Shown here: positions 63,270-64,000 of the stretch, in pieces
Layout: every line of letters begins with the position of its first letter
Numbering within the stretch: position 1 is the stretch's first letter
Assembly (NCBI RefSeq): GCF_018350175.1
Contig: NC_058368.1
Span: 186,870,001 to 186,934,000, forward strand
Source of the DNA: Felis catus
Lineage: Eukaryota
Direction: 5' to 3'
DNA: 64,000 nucleotides
Program-made: the position numbers and the translations under genes
Notes under the pieces: model-generated
Database searches by the model: none
What the model saw: the letters and a program-made list of their open reading frames with translations, nothing else
Told to the model about the DNA's origin: nothing

Positions 63270-64000
63270 AATATACAAAAGCAAAGAAAGAGGACTTAAA
63301 GCATACCATTATAATCATCAAAGCACAAAATAAAAAATGAATAAAGGAACTACAAAACACCAGGAACAACTAACAAAATGTCAGTAAGTACCCACTTATT
63401 AACAATTACTTTAAATTTAAATGAATTAAATTTTCCAGTCAAAACACACAGAATGGTTGAATGAATAAAAAGCAAAAGCCAACTATATGTTGCCCATACA
63501 AGACTCACTTTAGATTTAACAACACGTATAGGATGAGTGAAGGGATGAAAAAAGATATTCCATGAATGGAAACCAAGAGAGAACAGGAGTAACTATTTTA
63601 TATCAGACAAAACCAGTTTATAGTAAAAAGCTATACTAAGTGACAAAGAAAATCACTGTATAATGATAAAGGAGTAAATTCATCAAAAGGTTATAAAAAT
63701 TGTAAGTATATATGCACCCAACATTAGAGTACCTAAATATATAAAGCCAATATTAACAAATTTTAATGGAGAAATATATTAAAATACAGTAATAGTAGAG
63801 AATTTTAATACCACACTTTCAACAATGGATAGATTATCTAGACAAAATTAATAACAAATCATTGGATTTGAACTATGTTTTAGACCAGAAGGACCTAAGA
63901 TATACAGAGGATTCCATCTAAGCAATAGAATACACATTCTTTTCAAATGCATGTGGAACATTCTAAGGAATAGATCATATGCTAGGTAAGAAAACAAATA
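63270..64000 (+). mobile_element. L1 inter-ORF region and decayed ORF2 endonuclease domain, running off the window end
   Basis: ATG at 63378 reads MSVSTHLLTITLN, like an ORF2 N-terminus. Also tatatatgcacccaaca (IYAPN) and atagatcatatgctagg (IDHMLG). Confidence 0.88.

Noticed and set aside
1..64000. A novel multi-gene or prokaryote-style system (operon, CRISPR, defence island)
   Set aside because: This is repeat-rich felid nuclear DNA with no long ORFs, no repeat-spacer array and no CpG island.

Overview
Mammalian nuclear DNA from a felid (cat family), identified by young Felidae-type CanSINEs (SINEC_Fc-like). It is AT-rich, CpG-poor and dense in repeats: about 24 CanSINEs (many with target-site duplications, TSDs), young and ancient L1 fragments, MIR, L2, MaLR/ERVL solo LTRs, hAT and Tigger DNA-transposon relics, and microsatellites. 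I recognise no intact protein-coding gene. The supplied ORFs are SINE-, L1- or microsatellite-derived, or are unrecognisable. The window looks like a large intron or an intergenic stretch, with weak hints of a minus-strand host gene. The most interesting signals are: (1) a heavily decayed mariner (DD34D) transposase fossil at about 40.9-41.7 kb that the ORF track misses; (2) a tailless 5'-half tRNA-Thr(TGT) retrocopy with a TSD at 61244-61280; (3) an L1 nested in a SINE tail that may carry a 3' transduction; (4) a twin-primed inverted L1; (5) a perfect 42-bp duplication 1.19 kb apart; (6) a five-copy GATA-motif tandem; and (7) candidate minus-strand microexons. I found no convincing new multi-gene system. 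Repeat subfamily names come from recalled consensus sequences rather than a database search, and the boundaries of old repeats are approximate.
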